NCBI GenBank assembly: GCA_041640595.1
Contig: JBEPZY010000001.1
Coordinates: 128,001 to 192,000, forward strand
Direction of reading: 5' to 3'
DNA length: 64,000 nucleotides
From: Gemmatales bacterium
Lineage (GTDB): Bacteria > Planctomycetota > Planctomycetia > Gemmatales > HRBIN36
How positions within the stretch are numbered: the stretch's first letter is position 1; each line of letters starts with the position of its first letter. Shown in pieces: positions 40,438-50,787 of this stretch. The notes beneath the pieces were generated by a model that made no database searches, had not been told where the DNA came from, and saw only the letters and a list, made by a program, of their open reading frames with translations. Made by a program: the position numbers and the translations under genes.

Positions 40438-40902
40438 TTACCTGGTAGCAACCTTCTGGCCAGGGCTGTAGCGTTGTTGCAACGCGCGAAGCTTTTCCAG
40501 GTGGTTTCGCTTCATTTGCAGCATTTGCTCAATCAGGTTTCGGGCTTCGGAATCATCAAGTTGGGCGAGGTCTTTTTCCAGTTCCTGGATCAGCCACTGC
40601 TGGTAATTCACCAATCGGGGCAATAGATGACCGAGGGAAACGAAATGACTTTCTGTGAATCGCTCGTCAAAAACAGCGCTGGCCAGCACTCCTTTACGCC
40701 GCACGATAAACTCCGCCAGGCGTTGCAACATCTTTTGTTCTTCGTCAATCATGCGGCTGACTTCCTTCCAGACAGCCCGGCCATCGGCATCGGTCCAAAC
40801 CCAGGCATCTTTGAGGTACTGCAAAAAGGAGACCTTTTCCCGCGCGAAGATGCGGTTAAGAACAGTGAGCGTGGCTGGTAAAGATGGGGCCAGAGCACTC
40901 AT
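40438..40902 (-). CDS. Hypothetical ferritin-like four-helix protein
   Basis: All-helical; DEEQKMLQRLAEFIVRRKG and KRNHLEKL resemble bacterioferritin helices B and D; start overlaps the nuoN stop. Confidence 0.6.
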   Translation of the reverse strand: MSALAPSLPATLTVLNRIFAREKVSFLQYLKDAWVWTDADGRAVWKEVSRMIDEEQKMLQRLAEFIVRRKGVLASAVFDERFTESHFVSLGHLLPRLVNYQQWLIQELEKDLAQLDDSEARNLIEQMLQMKRNHLEKLRALQQRYSPGQKVATR

Positions 40903-42506
40903 GGGCGTTGCACAGTCCTGACCGGATTGATTTCGTGGAATGCGCTAAGCGCTTTGTGGGCACCACTACTTAGCGGGTCCCAGAAGAAAATGCCGATAAG
41001 CAGCACCAATGCTAATAAGCCCGTGTAAGCCAGGGCCAAAGACGAAACAGGTTTACTCACGGGCAGCTCGCCGGGTCTATGCAAGACCATGACCTTGAGC
41101 ACATTGACGTAATAGAACAGACTCAGCACGGTGTTGAGCAGTCCGAGTGCCAGAAGCACCAGCAGGCCGGTTTGTTGTTGCGATTGCCAAGCGTGATAGA
41201 CGGCAGCGAAGATTTGAAACTTAGCCATGTAACCGGCTAAGGGAGGTATGCCAACCAGGCTCAGTAAAAAGATCGCCATGGTAACCGTCAGCCAGGGAGC
41301 GCGATAAACCAGTCCGCCATAAGCAGAGAGGTCTTCGCTGCCGATCAGATTGCGAAGAAGTGCCACCACCGCAAATGCTCCCAGGTTCATGAAGAAATAA
41401 ATGGCCAGATAAAACAGGGCGGCCTCGATGCCTTCTCGCGTCAGAGCGCATAGTCCCATCATCATGTACCCGGCATGGGCAATGGTCGAGTACGCAAGCA
41501 AGCGCTTGAGGTTAGTTTGTGCGTAAGCAGCGAGGTTGCCAAAAGTCATCGTCAGTGCTGATAGGAACACCAGAGCGGGGCCGAGATACCAGCTCAGCCT
41601 GGCCCAATGTTGTGGCAAAAGATCAGCTTCCTCGATGCGCATGCCGCCCAGGAACGCGAGTAACACGCGGCCCAGCAGAGCCACCGCGGCTCCTTTGGAA
41701 GCGACGGATAAGAATCCAGCCACTTCCGCAGAAGCACCGGCAAACACATCCGGACACCAGAAATGGAAAGGCACGGCGGCCAGCTTGAAACCGATGCCGG
41801 CCAGCAACAACAGCAGACCGATCAGGGTGACGGCATCGAAGGACTGAGCGGCGAAAGTAGCGGCCACGGAAGCCGCGACGTCCGGTAGAAAGCCGCTGCC
41901 ACATTTGCCCGCGAGGATGCTGATCCCGTAAAGCATCAAACCGGATGCCCCGCCACCATACACGACATACTTCAGGGCAGCTTCGCTGGAGTCGCGGCGC
42001 GTTTTCAGGAATCCAGCCAGAGCGTAACTGGGCAAGCTGGCCATTTCGACCGCAATGTACACCATCAGCAAGTGGCTGGCCGATGCCATGAGCATCATGC
42101 CCAGGGTAGCACCCAGCAGGAGCACGTAAAAATCGGCCGCGTCGTCCGGATCGGGCACACCGCTCAGCAAGCAAAGTCCCACCATGAACAAACCGAACGC
42201 CGTCAAAAACAAGCGCACGTACACCGTAAACGCATCGTAGGCCAGCATGTTAGCGAACAAATAACGGGTTTGGCTCAGCCCACTGCTGGCAGGTTCGAGG
42301 CTCAGGTCGCTGACCCACTGCCACCAGGCGACGACCAGAGAAACACCCAGCACCGAAGCAGCCAGACCACCAAACGGGACTCGCTCACTGCCGCGGAACA
42401 TCCGTACCACTAAGAGCAAGAGAATGCCAAGAACGACAATGGCCTCCGGCCCAAAAGCAAGCAAGTCTCGCCGCAGGGTAGTGAGCAGTAGTTCGGGCGT
42501 CGTCAT
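40899..42506 (-). CDS. nuoN: NADH-quinone oxidoreductase subunit N
   Basis: EAALKY, GFKLAAVPFHFWCPDV, SVASKGA, KRLLAYSTIAHAGY, SLVGIPPLAG..AKF. Confidence 0.95.
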   Translation of the reverse strand: MTTPELLLTTLRRDLLAFGPEAIVVLGILLLLVVRMFRGSERVPFGGLAASVLGVSLVVAWWQWVSDLSLEPASSGLSQTRYLFANMLAYDAFTVYVRLFLTAFGLFMVGLCLLSGVPDPDDAADFYVLLLGATLGMMLMASASHLLMVYIAVEMASLPSYALAGFLKTRRDSSEAALKYVVYGGGASGLMLYGISILAGKCGSGFLPDVAASVAATFAAQSFDAVTLIGLLLLLAGIGFKLAAVPFHFWCPDVFAGASAEVAGFLSVASKGAAVALLGRVLLAFLGGMRIEEADLLPQHWARLSWYLGPALVFLSALTMTFGNLAAYAQTNLKRLLAYSTIAHAGYMMMGLCALTREGIEAALFYLAIYFFMNLGAFAVVALLRNLIGSEDLSAYGGLVYRAPWLTVTMAIFLLSLVGIPPLAGYMAKFQIFAAVYHAWQSQQQTGLLVLLALGLLNTVLSLFYYVNVLKVMVLHRPGELPVSKPVSSLALAYTGLLALVLLIGIFFWDPLSSGAHKALSAFHEINPVRTVQRP

Positions 42507-42745
42507 ATCTAGTCCTGAGCCTGATGGGAAGTTTTACTTACCAGCCACCAGCATGCAGCCCACACCTCAGCCAGTGGTTGTGGCACTTCCGATTGTGCCT
42601 TTGCAGGCCACGTTCTTTCGAGAGGTTCGTATTCGCGTGTACGATTTTCGTATCTTTTTTACTGGCCAAGCCAGGGTTGACCAGTCTGCCCGAAATCCAC
42701 GGCCTTCTCAAGCGGGCTCGAGCACCGTACAGTCGGGCTGGAAAA

Positions 42746-44179
42746 TCATTTGCCAATACAAAACCGGCTGAAAATGCGGTCGAGCAAATCCTCAGTGTAA
42801 ACCTCGCCAAGCACGGCTCCGAGTTCATCCAGAGCGTTCCGCAATTCAACAGCCACCAGTTCCGGGGGCTCCTGGCGGATCAGGAATGCTTCGGCCTGTT
42901 CGAGTGCTTCAGCTGCTTGGGCCAGATGATGCTGACACCGTCCCAGACTGACTGCCAGAGGATCGGAACGTGTGTGCTGCCTGGCGAATTCCACGATCAT
43001 TTTTTGCAGTTCAGGCAGCCCTTGGCCAGAAAACGCACTGGTGGCCACACTGGGCCAGCTGCCGATTTCCTCACGCGCGGGGTAAGGAAAATGCTCCGGC
43101 ATGAGGTCGCACTTTGTCCACACGAGGACGGTGTGTTTTTCGGCCAGCTGCTGCAGGGTTTTGCGGTCTTCCTCAGCGACAGGTTCATTGATGGGAAGGC
43201 AGTACAGGACCAGGTCTGCACGCTGAAGCTGCTGCTGCCGGAGCGTCTGGGCCTGGGTAACGATCGCCGATACCGCGGCGGGGATGTCTGAACCATTCGT
43301 GTCAAGCGAATCGGGAACGGGTTCAATTCCGGCAGTGTCCACCAGTTCCACGACTACATCGTCCAGATACAGCCGGGCCGTGAGATAGTCTCGCGTTGTG
43401 CCCGGTACAGGACTGACCAGGGCCGCGCTTTTGCCGATGAGTGCATTGAACAAGCTACTCTTACCAGCGTTCGGGCGACCCGTCAGAACTACGCGAAAGT
43501 ATTCTCCCAGGAGACTGCGCTCGCTGGTGCGCTGGAGTAGTTGCAGCATGGCCTGGCGAGCGTCGCGGCACTGTTGAACCAGAGTTTCCCGGAGGGCGAA
43601 CAGCAGGTCTTCTTCCGGAAAATCCAGGCTGGCTTCGATCTCAGCCAGGAGATCGAGTATCCGCTCCTTCACTGCCGCTAGTGGTTGGGCAAGGCCACCG
43701 GCGAATAGTTGGAGTGCTTCGTGCAGGGAACCGCTGTCCTGGGCGTGCAATACCGCTAACAGAGCTTCCGCCCGTGTCAGGTCTATTTTCCCGGCCAGAA
43801 ATGCACGCAGAGTAAATTCGCCGGGCAATGCCAGCCGAGCGCCGCGTGCCAGCACCGTTTCCAGCACCGCTTCAATGAGCGGCGCGCTACCCGGGATATG
43901 CAGTTCTAACAAATCCTGTCCGGTGTAGCTGCGAGGTCCGAAAAACACCAGAACGGTTGCCGGAATGGGTGGTAATTCACGCACCCCGACCAGGAAGGTT
44001 TCATACGCCACCCGATGTTCGGGCATCTGCGGCATATCCTCTGGCAAGAGCGAACGGACAATGTGCCAGGCACCCGGCCCGCTCACGCGCACGACCGCTC
44101 GCACCGCGGGACAGGAACCACTGGATAATGCCGCTATGGTATCTTCGAGGTTGAAGCGGGGCAGGTTCTGTACGGGCAT
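42746..44179 (-). CDS. mnmE: tRNA modification GTPase MnmE/TrmE
   Basis: DTIAA, SYTGQD, GEFTLRAF, GRPNAGKSS, PGTTRD, DTAG, C-terminal FSRFCIGK. Confidence 0.97.
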   Translation of the reverse strand: MPVQNLPRFNLEDTIAALSSGSCPAVRAVVRVSGPGAWHIVRSLLPEDMPQMPEHRVAYETFLVGVRELPPIPATVLVFFGPRSYTGQDLLELHIPGSAPLIEAVLETVLARGARLALPGEFTLRAFLAGKIDLTRAEALLAVLHAQDSGSLHEALQLFAGGLAQPLAAVKERILDLLAEIEASLDFPEEDLLFALRETLVQQCRDARQAMLQLLQRTSERSLLGEYFRVVLTGRPNAGKSSLFNALIGKSAALVSPVPGTTRDYLTARLYLDDVVVELVDTAGIEPVPDSLDTNGSDIPAAVSAIVTQAQTLRQQQLQRADLVLYCLPINEPVAEEDRKTLQQLAEKHTVLVWTKCDLMPEHFPYPAREEIGSWPSVATSAFSGQGLPELQKMIVEFARQHTRSDPLAVSLGRCQHHLAQAAEALEQAEAFLIRQEPPELVAVELRNALDELGAVLGEVYTEDLLDRIFSRFCIGK

Positions 44180-44366
44180 TCTCAGACCACAATGGTGAAT
44201 GAATCAGCAACCCCATTCTAAGCGCCACGCCGCAACCGCAGCGGTCAATGAACCGGGCAAGCTCTGCCAGCTTCCGTGTGCCATTCCAAGAGGGTTTCCG
44301 TAGCTCCATACGGCTGAATTTGACTGGAGCGGCATCGCTCGGCTTTCTGTCAGCAAAACAGGGCAT

Positions 44367-46076
44367 TTACTGCGGAGCACTGCTGGAGGATGGCCTGCGG
44401 CGTAGCAGAACGGGCAGGACTCCCAGCACGACTAAAATTGCCAGTAACGTGAAAAACACGCGAAGGTCCACAATGGGTGTGATCACCCAGTGCGTGGCGT
44501 AGCCCGTCTGGCCACGAAGAGTACCGAGGCGAATCTCAATGCGGCTGGGTGTTCCGTCCTGGCGCTTTCGCGGGCTCAGGTAAGTTACCGTGAACGTGGC
44601 CTCAATTTGTTCGAGAGCGCGGCTGAATAAGTCGGCGAGTTTTGCTGCTTGTTCCGCGTGGAAATACCGCCCGCCGGTTTGCTCCGCCAGACTTCGTAAA
44701 GCTGTTTCATCTATGCCCTCATCATGAATGTCAATGGACAACTGTTCGAAAACTTCGCGCAGCTGAGCCGGGTTGGAAACCCCGTAGTACCTGCCACCGG
44801 TCACCTGAGCGATGCGTCGTAATACCTCCTCGTCTATTTCCTGCTTTTTCCCTTTGCGTGGGTCGCCAAGACCAATTGCATAGACCGGAATTTGCGCTTT
44901 CCGGTGTGCTTGCTCCAGTCGGCGGAAAAACTCACCGGTATCATCAACGTGGCCACCTTCGTTCTTACCATCGGTCAGCAGGATGATGACCCTTCGGCAT
45001 TCGCGTCGGTGACCTTCGGGAGACGCGGCAATTGCCAGTTCCTTTTGCGCGAGCCATTCCAGTCCAAACAGGGTTACGTCGTATAAAGCCGTTCCGCCAT
45101 CTGGTTCGAGCTTATCGATCTGGTGCATTAAGCTGCGTTTGTCCGCACTCGGATGGACCGGACGATCGAAGTGGTGGTTGAACGGGAGCAAGGAGCAATC
45201 GGCGTGGTCAGCGGGCATCAACTCCAGGTATCGTTTGGCTGCCTTCCGGAGGTGTTCAATTTTCTTGCCCTCGTTCATGCTCCCACTGCGGTCGAGGATC
45301 AGCAGCGAACGAACGTGAAGATTGCTTCCCGGTTTGCCCAGACCGATGGTGTAAATGCTGACGCCTTTACTGCGTGCTTCTGCGACAACATTTTCGAGCG
45401 AATGCCGGCTGTTGACGTCTCGCCCATCGGTCAATAGCACCATGGCTCGCATGCGTTCAGGCGCATCCGAGAGCTGGCGCATGGCTTCAAGAGCGGCATC
45501 GAAGTAAGCCGTTCCGCCGGCCCCCTGGGCAGATGTGATAGCGGCGAGCAGTTGCTGCCGTGAGCGATCCCCTTTTCTCGGCTGGTAAATTCGATAGGGT
45601 TCGTGATGGAATAGCACCAGACCACAGGCGTTTTCGGGGTCGAGTTTCTGCAAGAAATGTGTGGCCGCCTCTTTCGCTTTATCGAGCCGATCCAGGGGGC
45701 GGTCGGGTGTACCGACCATGCTACCACTGGTGTCCAGCACGAGCATAACCTCGCGGTCCTGGCGAACGCTTGTTTGTAACCGGAACCGGTGGACCTCCTG
45801 GCCGTCCTCATAGACAACGCATTCCTGTTCGGGCAGGTTGGGCACGACGTTTCCCTGCGCATCTTCCACGCGGAAATGGAGCGTGATTCGCAACCGACCT
45901 TCATCGGTAATTTCTACCCGCGGACTGGCGGTCTTGATCTGCAAACCGTGAACCTTGGCGGATTCGGCTAACGCTTCCACACGCCACGCTGAAGTGGCTA
46001 CCAGCAAACCCATGTTGGCCAAAAACATAAACCCGGCGAACCTGACTTTGCACCGTGAGAATTCCGGCAGAAGCAT
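44367..46076 (-). CDS. Exported, C-terminally membrane-anchored protein with two VWA domains, one nested in the other
   Basis: Two MIDAS motifs (DTSGS, DRSGS), two GGTA and two LLTDG motifs, two tandem TGGRY helices; TM + RRR tail. Confidence 0.9.
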   Translation of the reverse strand: MLLPEFSRCKVRFAGFMFLANMGLLVATSAWRVEALAESAKVHGLQIKTASPRVEITDEGRLRITLHFRVEDAQGNVVPNLPEQECVVYEDGQEVHRFRLQTSVRQDREVMLVLDTSGSMVGTPDRPLDRLDKAKEAATHFLQKLDPENACGLVLFHHEPYRIYQPRKGDRSRQQLLAAITSAQGAGGTAYFDAALEAMRQLSDAPERMRAMVLLTDGRDVNSRHSLENVVAEARSKGVSIYTIGLGKPGSNLHVRSLLILDRSGSMNEGKKIEHLRKAAKRYLELMPADHADCSLLPFNHHFDRPVHPSADKRSLMHQIDKLEPDGGTALYDVTLFGLEWLAQKELAIAASPEGHRRECRRVIILLTDGKNEGGHVDDTGEFFRRLEQAHRKAQIPVYAIGLGDPRKGKKQEIDEEVLRRIAQVTGGRYYGVSNPAQLREVFEQLSIDIHDEGIDETALRSLAEQTGGRYFHAEQAAKLADLFSRALEQIEATFTVTYLSPRKRQDGTPSRIEIRLGTLRGQTGYATHWVITPIVDLRVFFTLLAILVVLGVLPVLLRRRPSSSSAPQ

Positions 46077-46141
46077 GGTTCAGCCCCCCGCAAAAGTTAC
46101 GGCTTTACCGGCTGGCGATTTTTGGCGTTGACCAACGCGAC

Positions 46142-48322
46142 TTAGCGTTTTTCGGCCGCTTTCAGTAAGGCTTGCCACCATTGTTTGATCCGCTGCCCCA
46201 GTTGTTGCAGCGGGGTCTTTTGCCCATCCGGCAAATTAGCCCGGCCGGCAGTGCGCTTGCGGCGGTCGGTCACAGGTGGAGTAACTTTGGCTGGCTCCTT
46301 TTCCTGGAGTGTCTTCGGTAGCAGCTTCCTCTCCACGATTCCCCACAGACTGCTGGCGATGAAATACAGGCACAAACCCGACGCGATCCAGTAAAACGCC
46401 CAGCCCATGAAGATCATCATCCAGTTCATCATCCGCATTTGCATCTGTTGCTGTTCATCCAGGTTGGGCGGCATGAACATCTTTTGCTGCCAGAGCATAA
46501 CCGCGATGCTGACGATGGGCAACAAATGCAAATACGGCCCCAGGTGCAGCAGATAAGCTAGCTGACTGATAACCGGCCAGTTGCCCCAGTAGAGCAACAT
46601 ATCTGGAGCAGCCAGATTCTCCATCCACAAAAACCGCGCTAGCCGCAGGTGCACGCTTTCGTATAGCGCGTAATACAATCCGAGGAAGATGGGCATCTGG
46701 AGCAGCACGATCAGACACCCGCCGAAAGGGTTGACCCCGTACTTGCGATACAGTTCCATCTGTGCCTGTGCCAGGGCCTGCTTATCGTCTTTGTATTTCT
46801 CCTTGAGGCGATTCAACTCGGGTGCCATTTGCTGCAACTTCAGGTTATTGAGTGCCTGTCGCCGGCTGATGGGAAACATCAAGGCTCGCACGACCACCGT
46901 CAGTAACAGAATGGCGAAACCATATCGCCACGGCACCCAGCTGAATACCCAGGAAAACCACTCCAAAAGCGCGTGCATGAGGTTGGTGAAGAACACTACC
47001 AGCGCCGTCCAGCCGATGGCCCCGGTAAACGTGTACCACGGATAATCCGTCAGGTTGGCCAGGTGGTAATCATGTTCGTAAATCTCCGGCAGACCCGGCC
47101 GCACTCCGGTTTCATAACGCAGTAGTCGCACTTTCGCCGGGCCGGCATAAATCAAGAACTCGTGTTTGACCTCCTGCTCGACCCGGATCGGGCGAGTGCT
47201 GAGCCGCACCGAAATCGGAACCGCCCACAGGGCCCGCTTGTCTTTTTTCGGGTCTTCGCCCAGCGCCTCGGGGATAGCCTGTTCAATTACCGGCTGGTTC
47301 GTGGGATCCCCGGCGACCACCGTCAGGGCGGCGAAATACGGGATCATAACACCCGCATACTGCAGCGCTTGCGGACGTACTGTGTACGGCGCACTGGGCG
47401 AACCCAGATGCAACGCGCGGGCGTGAGCCTTTTCCTTCGGGAAAAAGTGAGTCGGCTCGAACAGGTAACGGTAACTTGTGCGGGCGTCCTCAGCACGAGT
47501 CGTTCCGATCACCACCTGCCAGTAAGCGGTCTGTTTCCAGTATTCGCCTTCGACTGGCAAGCCCCGTGGCCCGGTCAGTTGGTATTCAATCTCCGCATCG
47601 CGATCGGCGCGCAGACGGGTCAGGGTCACTTGCATGTCCAGGTGATACTGATCGGGCGCCAGGCGAAATTCCCGGCGGATGGAAACATTACGAGAAGGGA
47701 CATCGGCCTGGAAAACGACATGGTCAACCTCCTGTTCCACCACACGCCATTCCAGAGGCGTCTCGGGCACCAGCATGCGAAAAGATTGTCTCTCCCAGCG
47801 TTCTTCGAGGGAGAGTTTCGCGGTAGCTTCGTTGCCTTCTTCCAGACCGTCACTGATCAGGCGAAATGGCACCGGAGCTTTCGTCTGCGGATCGAACACA
47901 GGACGAGCTTCCCATCGGCTGGCCGCCTGATACTGTGTCAATTCGATGCTGCGCACTGCGGCTCCCGTAGAAGAGAGCACTGCCCGAAGTTTGTAACCCT
48001 CGCCGCCCAAAATGATGGCATGCTCCTGGGCTAACTGACGCTGCAAACGTTGCTGACGCTCCCGTTCCGCAGCGACCGCGCGATCGGCAGCTTCCGCCTG
48101 CTGGATTTCGGATTCCGTCGGTACGGGCAACATACCCGACGGATCGGGCACAAGTCGTCCCAGCAGGATGCGCGCCACCAACTCCAGTTTGGCTTGCGGT
48201 ATTTCATTTTCCCCTTGTATTGGCGGTTTCTGCGGTGGAAACCACCATGACAGGAGGTAATACCAGCCCAGAAAGATCGCCATCGTCAGCAGCACAAATA
48301 AGACATAGCGACGTTGATCCAT
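46142..48322 (-). CDS. yidC: Membrane protein insertase YidC with large periplasmic domain
   Basis: MDQRR + TM helix; YAGP; YGFAILLLTVVVR, NPFGGCL..LLQMPIF, WMENLAAPD, SGLCLYF. Confidence 0.95.
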   Translation of the reverse strand: MDQRRYVLFVLLTMAIFLGWYYLLSWWFPPQKPPIQGENEIPQAKLELVARILLGRLVPDPSGMLPVPTESEIQQAEAADRAVAAERERQQRLQRQLAQEHAIILGGEGYKLRAVLSSTGAAVRSIELTQYQAASRWEARPVFDPQTKAPVPFRLISDGLEEGNEATAKLSLEERWERQSFRMLVPETPLEWRVVEQEVDHVVFQADVPSRNVSIRREFRLAPDQYHLDMQVTLTRLRADRDAEIEYQLTGPRGLPVEGEYWKQTAYWQVVIGTTRAEDARTSYRYLFEPTHFFPKEKAHARALHLGSPSAPYTVRPQALQYAGVMIPYFAALTVVAGDPTNQPVIEQAIPEALGEDPKKDKRALWAVPISVRLSTRPIRVEQEVKHEFLIYAGPAKVRLLRYETGVRPGLPEIYEHDYHLANLTDYPWYTFTGAIGWTALVVFFTNLMHALLEWFSWVFSWVPWRYGFAILLLTVVVRALMFPISRRQALNNLKLQQMAPELNRLKEKYKDDKQALAQAQMELYRKYGVNPFGGCLIVLLQMPIFLGLYYALYESVHLRLARFLWMENLAAPDMLLYWGNWPVISQLAYLLHLGPYLHLLPIVSIAVMLWQQKMFMPPNLDEQQQMQMRMMNWMMIFMGWAFYWIASGLCLYFIASSLWGIVERKLLPKTLQEKEPAKVTPPVTDRRKRTAGRANLPDGQKTPLQQLGQRIKQWWQALLKAAEKR

Positions 48323-48477
48323 GCGCGAATTTGCTCCTGCATTTGGCTATCACACGCAGAAAGACGCCTACCGCGTTTACCTTCGTTATATCTTTACTTG
48401 CGGTGGTGCCACTACATTCTAGCAACGGCCAGCGATGCTCGACACACTTGCTGACTGCCCCAACGGTTGGCGAATGG

Positions 48478-49227
48478 TTATCTTCCTTCTCGCAACCGAT
48501 CGCCCAGGTAATCGTCCAGTTCCTCGATTTCGTGTATCTTGCGAATAGTCTCTTCGACGTTGTATGGAACACGGCGGTACCGAACCAGTTTTTCTTTCTC
48601 GTCAAATAGCACATAGCAGGCCCGCCAGTCGCTGTCGCGTGGCTGACCGACCGAGCCAACGTTGATCAGTGCCTTGGTGTTATCCAGGCGGTATTCGTAA
48701 TTGATGTCTTCAGGCGCGTAAAATTCCAGGCGTTCTGTGAAGATGCCGGGCACATGCGTATGGCCTTGAAAGCAATATCGCTCTACCAGGGCGAAAATCT
48801 TTTCCATTTTGCGTGGATTGTAAATATCTTCCGGAAACACGTATTCGTTGAGCGGATTGCGAACCGAACCGTGTACGTAAATAATGCCATTTTCCTCGTG
48901 CTTACGTGGCCGCTCTGCCAGAAACTCCCAGCGACTCATGGCCCGCTGGTGATTGGGATCTTCTTCGAGTTGCCGGCGCGTCCACAGAATCGCTCTCATG
49001 GCTCCCGCATTGAATCCTTCCGGGTCGAAAAGAGCCGCCTGATCGTGGTTCCCCAGCAAAACCACCGGAAAGTCCATCACCAGGTCAATGCATTCCCGCG
49101 GGTTCGGACCGTAACCGACAATGTCCCCGAGACAATAAATCTTGTCCACGCCTTGCTCGCGAATGTCTTCCAGCACCGCTTGCAAGGCTTCCAGATTGCT
49201 GTGAATGTCACTGACGATAGCGATCAC
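48478..49227 (-). CDS. Calcineurin-like metallophosphoesterase
   Basis: AGGAG Shine-Dalgarno + [39 protein letters not shown]. Confidence 0.93.
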   Translation of the reverse strand: MIAIVSDIHSNLEALQAVLEDIREQGVDKIYCLGDIVGYGPNPRECIDLVMDFPVVLLGNHDQAALFDPEGFNAGAMRAILWTRRQLEEDPNHQRAMSRWEFLAERPRKHEENGIIYVHGSVRNPLNEYVFPEDIYNPRKMEKIFALVERYCFQGHTHVPGIFTERLEFYAPEDINYEYRLDNTKALINVGSVGQPRDSDWRACYVLFDEKEKLVRYRRVPYNVEETIRKIHEIEELDDYLGDRLREGR

Positions 49228-49495
49228 TGCCAGCTCCTTGCCCTCTGCGGAGGGCCAGCCAATACTCACACTGCCAGCCGGGACGGTTCCCGTGCTCCGG
49301 AGCACGCCTGGAGCCAACCCAACCAGTTTCCTTAGTAATATTATCCTAGCACGGTTTGGCCAAGTAGTAATGTCCACGGGCACGCTCGAAGCTGGCCCCG
49401 ATGTCAGTTTGTCCAGCCCGACTCGTCCTATATTCGTTACTCCCGGCACATTCGATATATTTACTGTTGAAGCAGCGATCCCGCAGGGACTTACT

Positions 49496-50542
49496 ATGCT
49501 TCAGCAAATGTGGGCTTTGGTGAAGCGGCGAGCGGAACCGGGACTATGGCTGGAACGCGTGCCCATTCCGGAAATGGGCATCAACGACGTGCTTATCGAG
49601 GTGTTGCAAACCGGTATCTGTGGCACCGATTTGCACATCTACCGCTGGGACCCCTGGGCCCGGAAGACCGTACCTGTACCACTGATCATCGGGCATGAAT
49701 TCGTCGGTCGGGTCGTCCGCGTTGGTGAAAACGTCAAGGACTTCTATCCAGGAGAAATTGTCAGTGGCGAAGGCCATGTCGTATGCGGTAGGTGTCGCAA
49801 TTGTCTGGCCGGTCGCAGGCACTTATGTAAAGATACCCAGGCCATTGGCGTTAATCGCCCCGGTGCTTTCGCCGAATATATTGTTTTGCCTATGACCAAT
49901 GTTTGGGCCCATGACCCCAGCATCCCTCGGGAAATTCAAGCTATATTCGATCCTTTTGGAAACGCCGTGCACACAGCCTTATCGTTTCCAGTATTAGGCG
50001 AAGATGTTTTGATTACTGGCGCCGGGCCTATCGGTTTGATGGCCGCCGCGGTAGTGCGTCATGCAGGAGCTCGATTTATCGTTGTGGCGGATATTAACCC
50101 TTATCGCTTAGAATTAGCTCGCCGAATGGGAGCTAATCGGGTTTTCGATCCGCGCTCGGAGGACCTCCACGCTATTCAACGCGAACTGGGCATGAAGGAA
50201 GGGTTTGATGTAGGCCTGGAAATGTCGGGCAATCCCCAGGCGTTTCGGATGATGCTGGATAACATGGCTCACGGCGGAAAAATCGCTTTATTAGGAATTC
50301 CCGAAACCGATGTGGCTATTGACTGGCATCAGGTGATCTTCAACGGCCTCACTATCAAGGGCATTTACGGGCGGGAAATGTATGAGACCTGGTATAAGAT
50401 GACCGTGATGTTACAGTCCGGTCTGGATATAAGACCGGTAATAACACATAAGTTCCACTATACCGAATACGAGCAGGCTTTTCGTATCCTGGCCGAGGGC
50501 AACTGCGGCAAAGTGATCCTGGTGTGGAAAGACGAGAGTTAA
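49496..50542 (+). CDS. tdh: L-threonine 3-dehydrogenase
   Basis: [50 protein letters not shown]. Confidence 0.95.
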   Translation: MLQQMWALVKRRAEPGLWLERVPIPEMGINDVLIEVLQTGICGTDLHIYRWDPWARKTVPVPLIIGHEFVGRVVRVGENVKDFYPGEIVSGEGHVVCGRCRNCLAGRRHLCKDTQAIGVNRPGAFAEYIVLPMTNVWAHDPSIPREIQAIFDPFGNAVHTALSFPVLGEDVLITGAGPIGLMAAAVVRHAGARFIVVADINPYRLELARRMGANRVFDPRSEDLHAIQRELGMKEGFDVGLEMSGNPQAFRMMLDNMAHGGKIALLGIPETDVAIDWHQVIFNGLTIKGIYGREMYETWYKMTVMLQSGLDIRPVITHKFHYTEYEQAFRILAEGNCGKVILVWKDES

Positions 50543-50787
50543 TGGCTCACTCGGTGAGCGACCTCACCGGATGATGCGTACTGGCAGCGGTATCGCTAAA
50601 ATACAAGATAACCCTTGAGAATATCGCTTTCGGCAACTTAGAGCCATCAGGCGTCGAGACCTCACGTATGTGGGCACAGGCAACGACCGAGACCGAATCG
50701 CTTGCCTAAACCAGGTGAACGCGATACGAATTGATCGGTGTGTCGAACCGTCAAGTCGGTCTCACAACTATCGCGGAGGGAGCGAAG

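Noticed and set aside
42746..48477. Replication origin near yidC/mnmE
   Set aside because: No dnaA, rpmH, rnpA or yidD here, and I saw no DnaA-box cluster
49205..49495. Long N-terminal extensions of tdh and the metallophosphoesterase that overlap each other
   Set aside because: ORF-caller over-extension; family motifs and Shine-Dalgarno support starts at 49496 and 49227
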